In this document: positions 16,846 to 26,977 of the stretch, piece after piece | Position numbering within the stretch: the stretch's first letter is position 1 | Layout: each line of letters starts with the position of its first letter | Origin: a virus | Lineage: Duplodnaviria; Caudoviricetes | Direction: 5' to 3' (one strand) | DNA: 28,035 nucleotides | IMG/VR virus record: IMGVR_UViG_3300043414_000322 | Coordinates: 1-28,035 of that record | The notes under the pieces: model-generated | Databases searched by the model: none | Seen by the model: the letters and a program-made list of their open reading frames with translations, nothing else | Told to the model about the DNA's origin: nothing | Translations under genes and position numbers: made by a program

Positions 16846-18285
16846 ATGCCAACATACATTAATCCCTATACAGGCCAAACAGTTAACCAATCACCGATTG
16901 GTTATGATTCAGTTACACTAAGCTCAAACACAACGCTTCAATGGCCAATAAATGGCAACACTACAGACGTGGTGGCAGGCATCATTGAGGTAAATGCAAC
17001 TAATGGTGCTGGATCATTTACGGGTTTTATTAGCGCAACCACACTTACAATTAGCACTGTAGTTTCTGGAGTGCTTCAGGTTGGCCAAATTATTAGTGGT
17101 ACAGGTATAACTTCTGGAACAACCGTCACAGCCCTTGGATCAGGCACTGGTGGCGTTGGTACTTACACGGTATCAATATCACAGACTGTTGCTTCATCTG
17201 GATCTCCAGTTGCCATTACAACACCAGCCTTGCTATTGATTTTGCCGCCTGCAACTCAGGTATCAACTGGCCAAAGTATTTTAATTCGTAGTACTGGTAC
17301 ATATACATTTACGGTAACCGACAACAGTTCAAACACAATTGCAAGTATTGCTTCTGGTATTGCTGATTATATTTATTTGACAGACAACTCAACTGTTAAC
17401 GGTACTTGGGCGGTTGTTGTATTTGGTACGGGTGTATCTCAAGCAAATGCTGCAACACTTGCTGGCTATGGATTAATGGCTATTGGTAGTACGCTTAATC
17501 AATCTCACCCAGTTGTAAACGTGAGTTCTAATTATGTAATCCAAAATGCTGATAGATCATCTTTCTATGTATGGGGTGGTGGCGCAGGATCAATAACTTT
17601 ACCAAATTCTTCAACAGTTGGAAATAATTGGTTTGTAATTATTAGAAACAGCGGCACAGGAATTTTGACTTTGACACCAGTTGGTGCTGACACAATTGAT
17701 TCCAATGTCAATCAACAGTTGCAATTGACTGAGTCTTTGGTGATCTGTTCAAACGGAACTAATGGCTATAGCACCTTTGCGTATGGCCGCGCCAATCAAT
17801 TTGTGTACACCCAATTAGTGGTATCTATTACAGGTGGAACAACAACTCTTACAGCAGCACAAGCGGCTAATAGCATTCAGTCATACACAGGCGTATTGAC
17901 ATCAAATGCCACTATTGTTTTGCCTTCTACGGTTAATTTGTATTCGTTGCAAAACAATACTACAGGTAGTTTTACGCTAACATTTAAAACAACTTCTGTA
18001 GGTGCAACAACTGTCATTTTACCTCAAACCCAAACAATTATTGCTATTTGTGATGGTATAAATGTATTTAACTCTCAAACTGCTAGTACGAGTACTGCAA
18101 CTTCATTAACGCTTGGTAATGGATCTTCATCAGCCCCATCCTTAAATTTTACTGGTGACACGGTTACAGGTTTATATTTAGTCGCAAGCGGTCAATTAGG
18201 ATTTTCAGTAGCTGGTGCAAATGCTATGACTTTGTCATCAACTGGCTTGGCCGTTGTTTCTGGAATTTCTGGTGGTACTTTCTGA
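16846..18285 (+). CDS. tail structural protein (beta-rich, fibre/spike-like)
   Basis: 479 aa S/T/G-rich; repeated 'LP....G....IxN.G' units; C-terminal [19 protein letters not shown] fibre motif. Confidence 0.7.
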   Translation: MPTYINPYTGQTVNQSPIGYDSVTLSSNTTLQWPINGNTTDVVAGIIEVNATNGAGSFTGFISATTLTISTVVSGVLQVGQIISGTGITSGTTVTALGSGTGGVGTYTVSISQTVASSGSPVAITTPALLLILPPATQVSTGQSILIRSTGTYTFTVTDNSSNTIASIASGIADYIYLTDNSTVNGTWAVVVFGTGVSQANAATLAGYGLMAIGSTLNQSHPVVNVSSNYVIQNADRSSFYVWGGGAGSITLPNSSTVGNNWFVIIRNSGTGILTLTPVGADTIDSNVNQQLQLTESLVICSNGTNGYSTFAYGRANQFVYTQLVVSITGGTTTLTAAQAANSIQSYTGVLTSNATIVLPSTVNLYSLQNNTTGSFTLTFKTTSVGATTVILPQTQTIIAICDGINVFNSQTASTSTATSLTLGNGSSSAPSLNFTGDTVTGLYLVASGQLGFSVAGANAMTLSSTGLAVVSGISGGTF

Positions 18286-20046
18286 TGACTTCAAAAGTAG
18301 TTGCACTTCAAATAAAGCCTGGCATCCAGCGTGATGGCACCAATTTAGCATCCGTTAGTTATGTGGATGGCGAATGGGTGCGTTTTCAAAATGGATTACC
18401 AAAAAAAATTGGCGGTTATAACGGCATTTTTTTGAATGCAAGCGGAATATCCCGTGGCATGTACATGAGTGCGCTTAATGGTTTGAACTACGTTGTATCT
18501 GGATATAGTGACAACCTTGAACAATGGGTAACCAGCAACCAACAGGGTTTGGGCTCTGGGCCAACTGCATTTACGCTTGCAAATTTTACAGTCAGTGCAA
18601 ACAACTTATGGCAGTTTGAGATTGGTTATGACTCTAATGGTGCTGGCAACAATAAATTGGTTGCTCACCCAGGCCAGAACCTGACAAACATTGATAGCAC
18701 TACAGACACCCGACCATTGGTTTGCAACTTTACTGATACCACAATGCTTGGTGTTGGTATTTTTACATCCGTTGGAACCACAACGTCTGGATCAACAACC
18801 GTAACTTTTTCTAGTACCGTAATTGCAATTGGCGCAGGCCTATCAGTCACAGGTACAAGCGAACACCACTGTAGTATCAGCGGCAACTGTAGGTGGTGTG
18901 TGGACGGTTGTTTTAAGTTTGGCGGCAACGGTAACGGGTACGCCAACGCTTACATTTGACAACAACATCACCGTTTCAGGTGGTGTAGTCATGTTGCACC
19001 CATACTTGTTTGTGTATGGCAACAATGGATTGATTCAAAATTGTGCTGCGGGTGACTTCAATAATTGGACAAGTTCTGACGCAAACGCCAACAACGTGTC
19101 AACTGGTAAGGTTGTAAAGGGTTTACCTTTACGGGGCGGTACAACTTCACCAGCAGGTTTGTTTTGGACTTTAGATTCTGTGGTACGAGTCAGCTACTCA
19201 CCGTCTACGGTTAATGGTATTAGCTATTACTGGCGGTATGATTTGTTAACCAGTCAAAGTTCAATCATGTCTTCTCAAAGTGTAATTGAGTATGACGGCA
19301 TTTTTTATTGGTGTGGTGTTGACCGATTTTTGATGTACAACGGAGCAGTGCAAGAGATTCCAAATTCATCAAATCAAAACTACTTTTTTGACAATTTAAA
19401 TTATACGCAGCGTCAAAAAGTGTGGGTTGCAAAAATTCCTCGATGGGGAGAGATATGGTGGTTTTATCCAAAGGGGGATGCCACGGAATGTACAGACGCG
19501 GTAATTTACAACGTGCGCGAAAAGTGTTGGTATGACGCGGGGCAAGCGCCTGGCGCGCAACGCTCTGCTGGCACATATACCGAGGTGTTCCATTACCCCA
19601 TTATGGGTGGTACTGAGGTAGACAGTACAGGAAAGTACACCCTATGGCAACATGAGATAGGTACAGATGAGATCTACACAAACCATGTTAATGCAATTAA
19701 TTCATATTTTGAAACGCCAGTTTTAGGTGCATCCGTAGGGTTGGTTGGCTCTACGCAGCAGGCTGGTGACAACGTCTGGACTCGATGTGAGCGGGTTGAG
19801 CCTGACTTTGTGCAGTCGCAAGAAATGAGTGTGATTGTGACTGGTAAGGGATATGCAGACGATACGGACATTGTTTCTGACCCTTATATGTTTGACCCAG
19901 ATACTTTGAAGGTAGACATGCGTGAACAGCGTCGCGAAATTAGATTGCGATTTACTTCAAACATTGTTGGCGGAAACTACTTTATGGGTAAGGTTCTTTG
20001 CAGCCTTGAGGGTGGTGACATACGTAGCACAGCTAACCCATCGTAA
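18285..20046 (+). CDS. tail hub/nozzle protein (P22 gp10 / T7 gp12-like role), interrupted by a frameshift near 18858
   Basis: Track ORFs 18285-18959 and 18823-20046 read as one protein if the frame changes after ...GLSVTGT into ANTTVVS...; beta-propeller-like content (FLMYNGAVQEIP, EIWWFYP, AVIYNVREKCWY). Confidence 0.7.
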
Positions 20047-20285
20047 TGTCAACAGTCTATGATCCTCGCAATATGGAATGGGACTTTTATTGTCGTCTCA
20101 TGGAGGAACAGTTTGCGCCTAATCAATTAGGACATGTCACCGAAGATCGGTGGCGCGAGTGGGTAGATGCTATTAATGGAATTGGTTATTTCGTACAATC
20201 TGGCATACCTGACCATCGCGGCTTTGCTACTTGGCAAGAATGGGCTATGCAGTTGGTGGGAATAATGTCTGTGGATCCAGAATGA
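20046..20285 (+). CDS. small Trp-rich hypothetical protein
   Basis: TAATG coupling to the tail gene; 79 aa. Confidence 0.75.
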   Translation: MSTVYDPRNMEWDFYCRLMEEQFAPNQLGHVTEDRWREWVDAINGIGYFVQSGIPDHRGFATWQEWAMQLVGIMSVDPE

Positions 20286-20692
20286 ACTCAAGCACCAATT
20301 TAATGACAACGCAGGAGATTGTTCGCAACTCTGATGAGGTGCGAAATGCTAAAGCCAATTGGGAAGAAATCTATGTAACGCTTCATAAGTCATTAAAAAC
20401 TAATAAGTATAGGATTATGCGAAGCAATAATACATTGTTTTGGTATCGAATAGACAGTCCAACTGTTGCACAGTTGTATATCTTTAATGCAGATTCAGGA
20501 AGAAAGTTAATACGAAATCTTCATGAGTTTATAAAAGCAATGAAAAAGTGTGGATTTGAAACAATTTATGGGGTTACCATCGAACCTCAAGTAATCCAAA
20601 CATTAAGAAACGCTGGTTACCCTACTGAAGTAGAACAGATGGGTAAAGATAAAAATGGTCAAGAACAATACAAGGTGACCATAAATGTGTGA
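20282..20692 (+). CDS. hypothetical protein, possibly GNAT-like (T7 gp13 position)
   Basis: ATGA overlap at 20282; alternating beta/alpha pattern ending FIKAMKKCGFETIYG...TLRNAGY; directly precedes the ejection genes. Confidence 0.5.
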   Translation: MNSSTNLMTTQEIVRNSDEVRNAKANWEEIYVTLHKSLKTNKYRIMRSNNTLFWYRIDSPTVAQLYIFNADSGRKLIRNLHEFIKAMKKCGFETIYGVTIEPQVIQTLRNAGYPTEVEQMGKDKNGQEQYKVTINV

Positions 20693-23600
20693 TCCAATTC
20701 AAGAAGTAGGCAATGCATTAGGTAGCGTTGGAGATGCTATCTCAGGTGCGGTGGGCGGCATTTCAGATGCGCTCAGTAACTTTGAAGATACAGTTCGACA
20801 AACTGCTGAACAAATTTTAAGAGATCCATTACCAACAATTTTAACAGTAGGTTTAACTTATATAGGTGTTCCACCAGCAATTTCGCAAGCAATAGTTACT
20901 GCGTCACAAGGTGGAAATTTAGAGGATATAGCACTTTCAGCGGCTAAAGTTTATGTGGCAGGTAAAGCAGGTGAATATGCTGGTAGTCAGTATTCATCTG
21001 CGGCCAACCTTAGCGCAAATGAACTTTTAGTAAAGAATATTATAACAAGTTCAAGTAGCAGTGCAGCACTTGTTGCTTTAAATAAAGGATCTTTTAAAGA
21101 TGTTCTTGCTGCTGGAGTAAGTACTGCGGTTGGTTCATACATCAATGATGGTCTTAAAAAGGGTGGTTATTCTGGCTATACCACTGAAGTTGTTACAAAT
21201 GCCAGTCGCGTTGCTACAACCGCAATTCTTAAAGGAAAAGATATTGGCCAAGCCATTGGCCAATCGATTGCATCTACTACTATATCTTATGGAATTAAAA
21301 AAGGTATTAACGATATTCAAAAAAATACAGAATTAGGAAAAACAATAACTCAAAAATATAATTCTTTAATAAAAGAAGCAAATACTTGGATGGTAGGAGC
21401 CAATGCAAAATTACAATCAGAGTTAAAGTATGAGTATGACCAAATGGCAACGGCTTATAATAATATAAATCCTGATTACCCAACGGGTTTGCAATCAAGA
21501 ATTAACCGTTATGAAAATATGGTGGATGACTATGAAGAAGAAAAATATAAACTTCTGGATAAAAGAAATTCAGATTATGATCGTCTTTATGGTAATAAAA
21601 TAGAAAATTATGAAGAACAACTTGCAGATATTGCGGAAAAAAATGAAATCCAAGCAGAAAAAGTTGGCAAACTTGTTATTGATTACCAAGGTCAATTAGA
21701 AAAAGATCAAACAGATATTACTGCAAAAATTTCTGCAAAAGCCGTTGCTGAGGCAGAAGAAACTTTAGAAACCAATGCTAAGAGCCAAGGATTTGATTCT
21801 TATGCAGAAATGGTTGAAGATAAAGAGATATCACCTATTAGAGAGCAAATTGTAACTGAGTATCGAGACTTGTCTGATAAAGGTAAACAAGACTATGTTG
21901 ACCTAATTAATGGCGGTATGGATCCAACAAATGCTAGAGCCTTTGCAGCAGCATTTGACACTCAGTATGCTAGATATTCCGATGCGGAAAATTATGCAGC
22001 CGTGAGTGATGTTAATCGAGATTTACTCGGTAAAGTAGAGCCTGGGTCACCAACATTTTTTAAAGATTTTAATAAAGTTGTAGAAAACGAGATTGCATTA
22101 GGCGGACAAGGGTACATGGTTCCTTTGAAAGATGGAACTTATTTAAATCAAGGTGTTTTATTTTTTAAAGATAAAAACGGAAATTGGGATAATAAGGATT
22201 TAAACAATACTGAACTTAAAACCGCTGTAATGAAAGTTGATCGTGATAGATACGAAGGATTTAAGGTTGACGTTAGTGGATTTGGCCCTGATATCACTGG
22301 TGGAGGTAATGAAACTGGTGGCGGCAATCAAACTAGTGGAGGCAATGAAACTGGTGGCGATGGTGCAATTGTAAAACAAAAAGTAGAGCCAAACTTTTTT
22401 GACAAATATGGCTTGTTTTCAACAGGTACATCTAATCCTCTTGCAGAGAAGGTATCAATTTTTGGTACTGGCGCTTCATTTAATGAAGGAACAGATAATG
22501 GATTTTCTATTTTTGCTACTGATGGTGAAAAGAAACAAACCATTATATGGCTTGAAGATAAAATTAAGCTATTGGAATCAGATCCATCTGTAACGGAAAG
22601 AGATTTTGAAAAAGTATGGACTATTAGGCAAAATATTGAAGATACGCCAGTTGTCACACAAAAAGATGCTGACAAAAAATACCAAGCTGAAAGAGATGCT
22701 GCTTTCAAAGAATTTGAAAAACAAAAAGCTGCCGAAAAAATTGCTGCTGATAAAGGTGGTGCCGAAAAAAATAATGCTGAATTAAAATCTTTGGGACAAA
22801 ATGCTGCTAATGCGGCTAATACGGTAAATACATATTCACGCGTTGCTCGTGATGCAGATGACGCAAAAAACTATCTTGAAACTCAAAACGCTAATATTCA
22901 AAAAGCACAGGCGGAAGTAGACCGTTATATTAATAACAACAACAATCAAGGTTCATATGCATGGTATAGCGCAGTAGATGCATTAAACGAAGCAAAGAGA
23001 AGGCAAAATGACGCTCAAGCAGAATATAACGAAAGAAAAGCCCGTGCTGATAAACAAAAGCCGTTGTATGACAAAGCATTAGCGGATAAAGTAGCAGCGG
23101 ATAAGCTTTTAGCTGACAAACAAAAGGCAATTGCAGATCAAACTAAAGCTGATGCTGCGGCAAAGATTCTTGCTGATAAAGCAGCCAAAGCTGCCAATGA
23201 AAAAATTCTTGCTGACAAATTAGCAGCAGATAAAGCTGCTGCTGTTAAAAATGCTGCTACAAAGGCGGCTGCTGAGACAGCAGCGGCAGAAAAAGCAAAG
23301 GCAGATAAAGTAGCTGCTGATAAAGCAGCAGCCGCTAAGGTGGCATCAGACAAGGTGGCAGCGGCTAAAGTTGCTGCTGATAAGAATGCGGCAGACAAGG
23401 CAGCAGAGGATAAGATTAAAAGTGACGCAGCCGTTAAGGTGGCTGCTGAAAAAGCGGCAGCCTCTAAAGCTAAGGCTGATCAAGTTGCTGCGGATAAAGC
23501 TGCTAGTCAAAAAGCTAAAGAGGGAGCTGCTGCTAAAGCTGTTGCGGATAAAGCAGAGCATGAAAGACTTAAAGTTGAAGCAGCTAAAGTTGCAGCAGCA

Positions 23601-25625
23601 CAAAAATTAGCTGCTGAAAATGCTAAAAAAGAAGTTGATGCAAAAACGAAAACTGAGAAGGAAGCTGCTGCTAAAGTAAAAGCAGACCAAGTTGCCGCTG
23701 ACAAAGAGGCTGCGGTTCAAGCTAATGCTGACAAGGTAGCCGCTGACAAAGCGGCAGCGGCCAAGGTTGCGGCTGATAAGGCAGCAGCAGCACAAGCTGT
23801 AGCTGATAAAAACGCGGCTGATAAAGCGGCTAAAGCGGCTGCTACAACCGATGCAAAAGCAAAAGCCGCAGCAGAAAAAGAAGCCAAAGCGGCTGCTGAC
23901 AAAGCTTTATTGGCAAAAATTGCAACAGAAAAAGCTGCTGCTGCACAGGCTGCTGCTGACAAGGCTAGTGCTGACAAAGCAGCCGCTGCTCAAGTAAGGG
24001 CAGAAAAGGCTGTTGCGGATAAAGCAGTAGCGGATAAAGCTAAAGCAGACAAAGCAATTGCTGATCAGATTGCTGCTGAAAAAGCTGCGGCAGATAAGGT
24101 CATTGCTGACAAACTTAAAGCAGACCAAGCTGCTGCCGCTCAAATTGCTGCTGACAAGGTTGCTGCGGATAAAGCGGTTGCTGACAAACTTAAAGCAGAC
24201 CAAGCTGCTGCCGCTCAAATTGCTGCTGACAAGGTTGCTGCTGAGAAAAAAGCAGCAGATAAGGCAACCTATGATAAAGGCGTTGCTGACAGGGCGGCGG
24301 CTGCTCAGGCAGCGAAAGAAAAAGCTGCTGCTGACAAAGCTGCTGCTGCTGAAAAAGCAGCAGCAGATAAAGCAGCCCTTGACAAAGCCGTGAGAGAGGG
24401 GAGATATTATATAGACCCAACCACAGGCAAACCAGTTATTGACGACACTCTCGATACCGTTGTCGTGAAGCCAGAACCAGACGATGAAGAAGAGGACAAC
24501 ACGCTTGACCCCGTGATTGTAAAGCCAAGACCTGATGACGAAGAAGAGATTGGAACTAAAAAGCCGACTACAACAGACCCAACGAAGCCTCCCGTAGTTA
24601 AACCACCCATCGTTAAACCACCCGTCGTACCACCCGTCGTTAAGCCTCCAATAACGCCTTCAACATATACGCCAAGATCTGGCGCACCTACGTCTCCATT
24701 GTCTTTTGTAGATACTCCGCTGGATACTTCACCGCAATTTTTGTCAAGCCAGTACTACAAGGAAAAACCTGTTTTAAAAGGTCTAGAACAACTTTATGGT
24801 GACTTAGTGCCGCCATTGGCAGGAGCCGCAGTTCAAAATATGGCACCTGATAAAAATGAAGAAAGAATTGAGTCTTCTGAAGAAGACATGAGTGAATATG
24901 AACAACAGATGGCTATGGCAAACCCAAACCCAGACCCAGATGAATTTTTGCAGCAAGCTTATGGAGTAAAGTTTATGAAAAAAGGTGGAAGCGAAAAAGA
25001 TACTGAATTCAGTTTAGATCCTCCTGATCAGCCAGATATCAAGCATGGGTATTTAACAAGTAGCCAAACGCAACAGCCAGAATCTCGCATGGGTGCCTTG
25101 AGGCATCTGTATGCGGGTATTAGTAATAGAAATTCAACTGGCATTTTGATGGCCAAAGGTGGATTGCCTTCAAAGTATGCAAAAGTTGCTCCAAAAGGGC
25201 ATAAACCTGAATTCATTACTGGGGTGACTGGATACTACGCAGGCGGTCGTGGTACGGGTCAATCAGACGACATTCCAGCGATGTTGCATGAGGGTGACTA
25301 TGTTATTGACGCTGATGCAGTTGCGGCGCTTGGAGACGGTTCTAGCAAGGCTGGAAACGAAGCGTTGATGAAATTTATGAGCCAAGTGCCATTTAGAAAA
25401 GGTGTGCATGGAAACCCCGTACCTGCTAAAATAGCTGATGGAGAGGTTGTTCTCCCTGCGGCATTTGTGACGGCTTTGGGTAGGGGCGACAACAAAAGAG
25501 GCGCAAAGATTTTAGATGGTATGCGTGAAGAGCTTCGCGAGCACAAAAGATCTGCGCCCACGTCAAAGATTCCACCGAAAGCAAAATCCCCACTTAGTTA
25601 TCTCAAAATGGGGTCGAAAGGGTAA
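20685..25625 (+). CDS. large internal virion/ejection protein (1646 aa)
   Basis: Starts MCDP; Gly/Ala-rich amphipathic N-region, coiled-coil, long ADKAAA-repeat stalk, Pro-rich linker, C-terminal GTGQSDDIPAMLHEGDYV domain; lies after the tail genes. Confidence 0.7.
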   Translation: MCDPIQEVGNALGSVGDAISGAVGGISDALSNFEDTVRQTAEQILRDPLPTILTVGLTYIGVPPAISQAIVTASQGGNLEDIALSAAKVYVAGKAGEYAGSQYSSAANLSANELLVKNIITSSSSSAALVALNKGSFKDVLAAGVSTAVGSYINDGLKKGGYSGYTTEVVTNASRVATTAILKGKDIGQAIGQSIASTTISYGIKKGINDIQKNTELGKTITQKYNSLIKEANTWMVGANAKLQSELKYEYDQMATAYNNINPDYPTGLQSRINRYENMVDDYEEEKYKLLDKRNSDYDRLYGNKIENYEEQLADIAEKNEIQAEKVGKLVIDYQGQLEKDQTDITAKISAKAVAEAEETLETNAKSQGFDSYAEMVEDKEISPIREQIVTEYRDLSDKGKQDYVDLINGGMDPTNARAFAAAFDTQYARYSDAENYAAVSDVNRDLLGKVEPGSPTFFKDFNKVVENEIALGGQGYMVPLKDGTYLNQGVLFFKDKNGNWDNKDLNNTELKTAVMKVDRDRYEGFKVDVSGFGPDITGGGNETGGGNQTSGGNETGGDGAIVKQKVEPNFFDKYGLFSTGTSNPLAEKVSIFGTGASFNEGTDNGFSIFATDGEKKQTIIWLEDKIKLLESDPSVTERDFEKVWTIRQNIEDTPVVTQKDADKKYQAERDAAFKEFEKQKAAEKIAADKGGAEKNNAELKSLGQNAANAANTVNTYSRVARDADDAKNYLETQNANIQKAQAEVDRYINNNNNQGSYAWYSAVDALNEAKRRQNDAQAEYNERKARADKQKPLYDKALADKVAADKLLADKQKAIADQTKADAAAKILADKAAKAANEKILADKLAADKAAAVKNAATKAAAETAAAEKAKADKVAADKAAAAKVASDKVAAAKVAADKNAADKAAEDKIKSDAAVKVAAEKAAASKAKADQVAADKAASQKAKEGAAAKAVADKAEHERLKVEAAKVAAAQKLAAENAKKEVDAKTKTEKEAAAKVKADQVAADKEAAVQANADKVAADKAAAAKVAADKAAAAQAVADKNAADKAAKAAATTDAKAKAAAEKEAKAAADKALLAKIATEKAAAAQAAADKASADKAAAAQVRAEKAVADKAVADKAKADKAIADQIAAEKAAADKVIADKLKADQAAAAQIAADKVAADKAVADKLKADQAAAAQIAADKVAAEKKAADKATYDKGVADRAAAAQAAKEKAAADKAAAAEKAAADKAALDKAVREGRYYIDPTTGKPVIDDTLDTVVVKPEPDDEEEDNTLDPVIVKPRPDDEEEIGTKKPTTTDPTKPPVVKPPIVKPPVVPPVVKPPITPSTYTPRSGAPTSPLSFVDTPLDTSPQFLSSQYYKEKPVLKGLEQLYGDLVPPLAGAAVQNMAPDKNEERIESSEEDMSEYEQQMAMANPNPDPDEFLQQAYGVKFMKKGGSEKDTEFSLDPPDQPDIKHGYLTSSQTQQPESRMGALRHLYAGISNRNSTGILMAKGGLPSKYAKVAPKGHKPEFITGVTGYYAGGRGTGQSDDIPAMLHEGDYVIDADAVAALGDGSSKAGNEALMKFMSQVPFRKGVHGNPVPAKIADGEVVLPAAFVTALGRGDNKRGAKILDGMREELREHKRSAPTSKIPPKAKSPLSYLKMGSKG
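22296..22358 (+). repeat. 18-nt-period repeat encoding TGGGNE/TGGGNQ/TSGGNE
   Basis: About 3.5 degenerate tandem copies. Confidence 0.8.
23080..24390 (+). repeat. Ala/Lys/Asp low-complexity repeat (ADKAAA/ADKVAA) including an exact 64-nt duplication
   Basis: Degenerate gctgctgataaa-type repeats; 24103-24166 is identical to 24178-24241 (75-nt period). Confidence 0.9.
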
Positions 25626-25627
25626 AT

Positions 25628-26929
25628 ATGGCAAATCTTTTAGAAAGTTCAGCAACGGCGGCAACGACCGCACCAGATTACTACAATACATATTTAAGTA
25701 ATATTGCGTCTAAGGGTGCAGATGCAGCACAAAATGCTCAATATGTTGGAGCACAGCCGCTTCAAGAAAAAGCATTTACAAATGTAGAGAATATTCCAAG
25801 TACTTACAAGCCTACATTAACATCGGCTGGCGATACTTTAACAAGTGCGGCTGGCTACACATCACCCCTAGATGCTGGCGCAACTTACCTTAGCAACGCA
25901 GCCTTGAGTCCAGCACAAAGGGCGCAGGAGTACATGAGCCCGTACCTCCAAAGCGTGGTAAATGCCATTGGTGATGTAGGTCAGCGTAATATTCAACAAA
26001 ACCTTGCCCCTGCTGCTACAGCCGCAGCAGTAGGTTCTGGCCAGTTTGGTTCACAACGCGGTGCTCAAGTGCTTGGACAGACACTGTCAAATGCTGACCG
26101 AGACATTTTGAATCAACAGTATCAAGCACTAAATTCAGGCTACAACACGGCCTTACAAACTGCTCAACAACAAAATCAATTGCTAGGCCAATTGGGATCT
26201 ACTGCGGGTCAACAAGCTTACCAAGGACAAGCTGGTTTGACCAATGTAGGTCAAGCACAGACAACGCTTGCAAAAGAACAACAAGGGCTCAGTCTTGCAG
26301 ATATTAACGCTTTGGCTACCTTGGGTGGACAACAGCAAACTATTGCGCAAAACAAAGAATTGTTCCCACTACAAAACTTGCAAACATCATCAGGTTTCTT
26401 GCGTGGTTACAACGTGCCAACGAGCACCAAGACTACATCGAAGGCATCTCCACTTTCTACTCTTGGTGGAATTGTTACTGGTACTGCTGGATTCCTTACT
26501 CCTAAATATGATTCACAGGGCAGGCCAATTTCTGGCTCATCAAACTATGATCAGTTAGTAAATTCATTGAAATATGGTTACAACAGACTTGTTGGTACAA
26601 ATATCGATGGATCGCCCATAACTAGAGATAATCCAGCGTCTGAATCAATTGAGGGATTGGCAATTACTAGAGATTCACGATCTTCAACAGGATTAATTGA
26701 TTCAAATGGTGATCCAGTCAATTACGATGGAACACCTGCAAGTGGCTACAACGTGTTTAATGAAACTCCTACCAATCCTTCAAACAACAGCGGCTATACA
26801 GGCGGTAATTCCAGCGGCAACGACGACAATAACAATAGCGGCGGCGGCTATACAGGCGGCGTTGGCGATGCTACCAACGAAGGTAATAGTGATGATTACG
26901 TTGATAATACTAGTGATAACCCGACATAA
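25628..26929 (+). CDS. probable internal virion/DNA-transfer protein
   Basis: Q/A/G-rich; YMSPYLQSVV and GQFGSQRG motifs typical of podovirus ejection proteins; disordered N/D/G-rich tail. Confidence 0.65.
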   Translation: MANLLESSATAATTAPDYYNTYLSNIASKGADAAQNAQYVGAQPLQEKAFTNVENIPSTYKPTLTSAGDTLTSAAGYTSPLDAGATYLSNAALSPAQRAQEYMSPYLQSVVNAIGDVGQRNIQQNLAPAATAAAVGSGQFGSQRGAQVLGQTLSNADRDILNQQYQALNSGYNTALQTAQQQNQLLGQLGSTAGQQAYQGQAGLTNVGQAQTTLAKEQQGLSLADINALATLGGQQQTIAQNKELFPLQNLQTSSGFLRGYNVPTSTKTTSKASPLSTLGGIVTGTAGFLTPKYDSQGRPISGSSNYDQLVNSLKYGYNRLVGTNIDGSPITRDNPASESIEGLAITRDSRSSTGLIDSNGDPVNYDGTPASGYNVFNETPTNPSNNSGYTGGNSSGNDDNNNSGGGYTGGVGDATNEGNSDDYVDNTSDNPT

Positions 26930-26977
26930 TTTATGACTATGTCCAAATCAAAGATCAAAGTTAAAGGAAAATAAATT

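Noticed and set aside
23080-24390. Annotating the large ORF as a captured host tolA gene
   Set aside because: Similarity is compositional; no TolA N-terminal anchor or domain III is recognisable and there are no tolQR genes.
26930-26974. In-frame FMTMSKSKIKVKGK* after the stop of the 25628 gene (readthrough or mini-ORF)
   Set aside because: Only 14 codons, TAA is a poor readthrough stop, and the A-rich sequence is explained by the next gene's ribosome-binding region.
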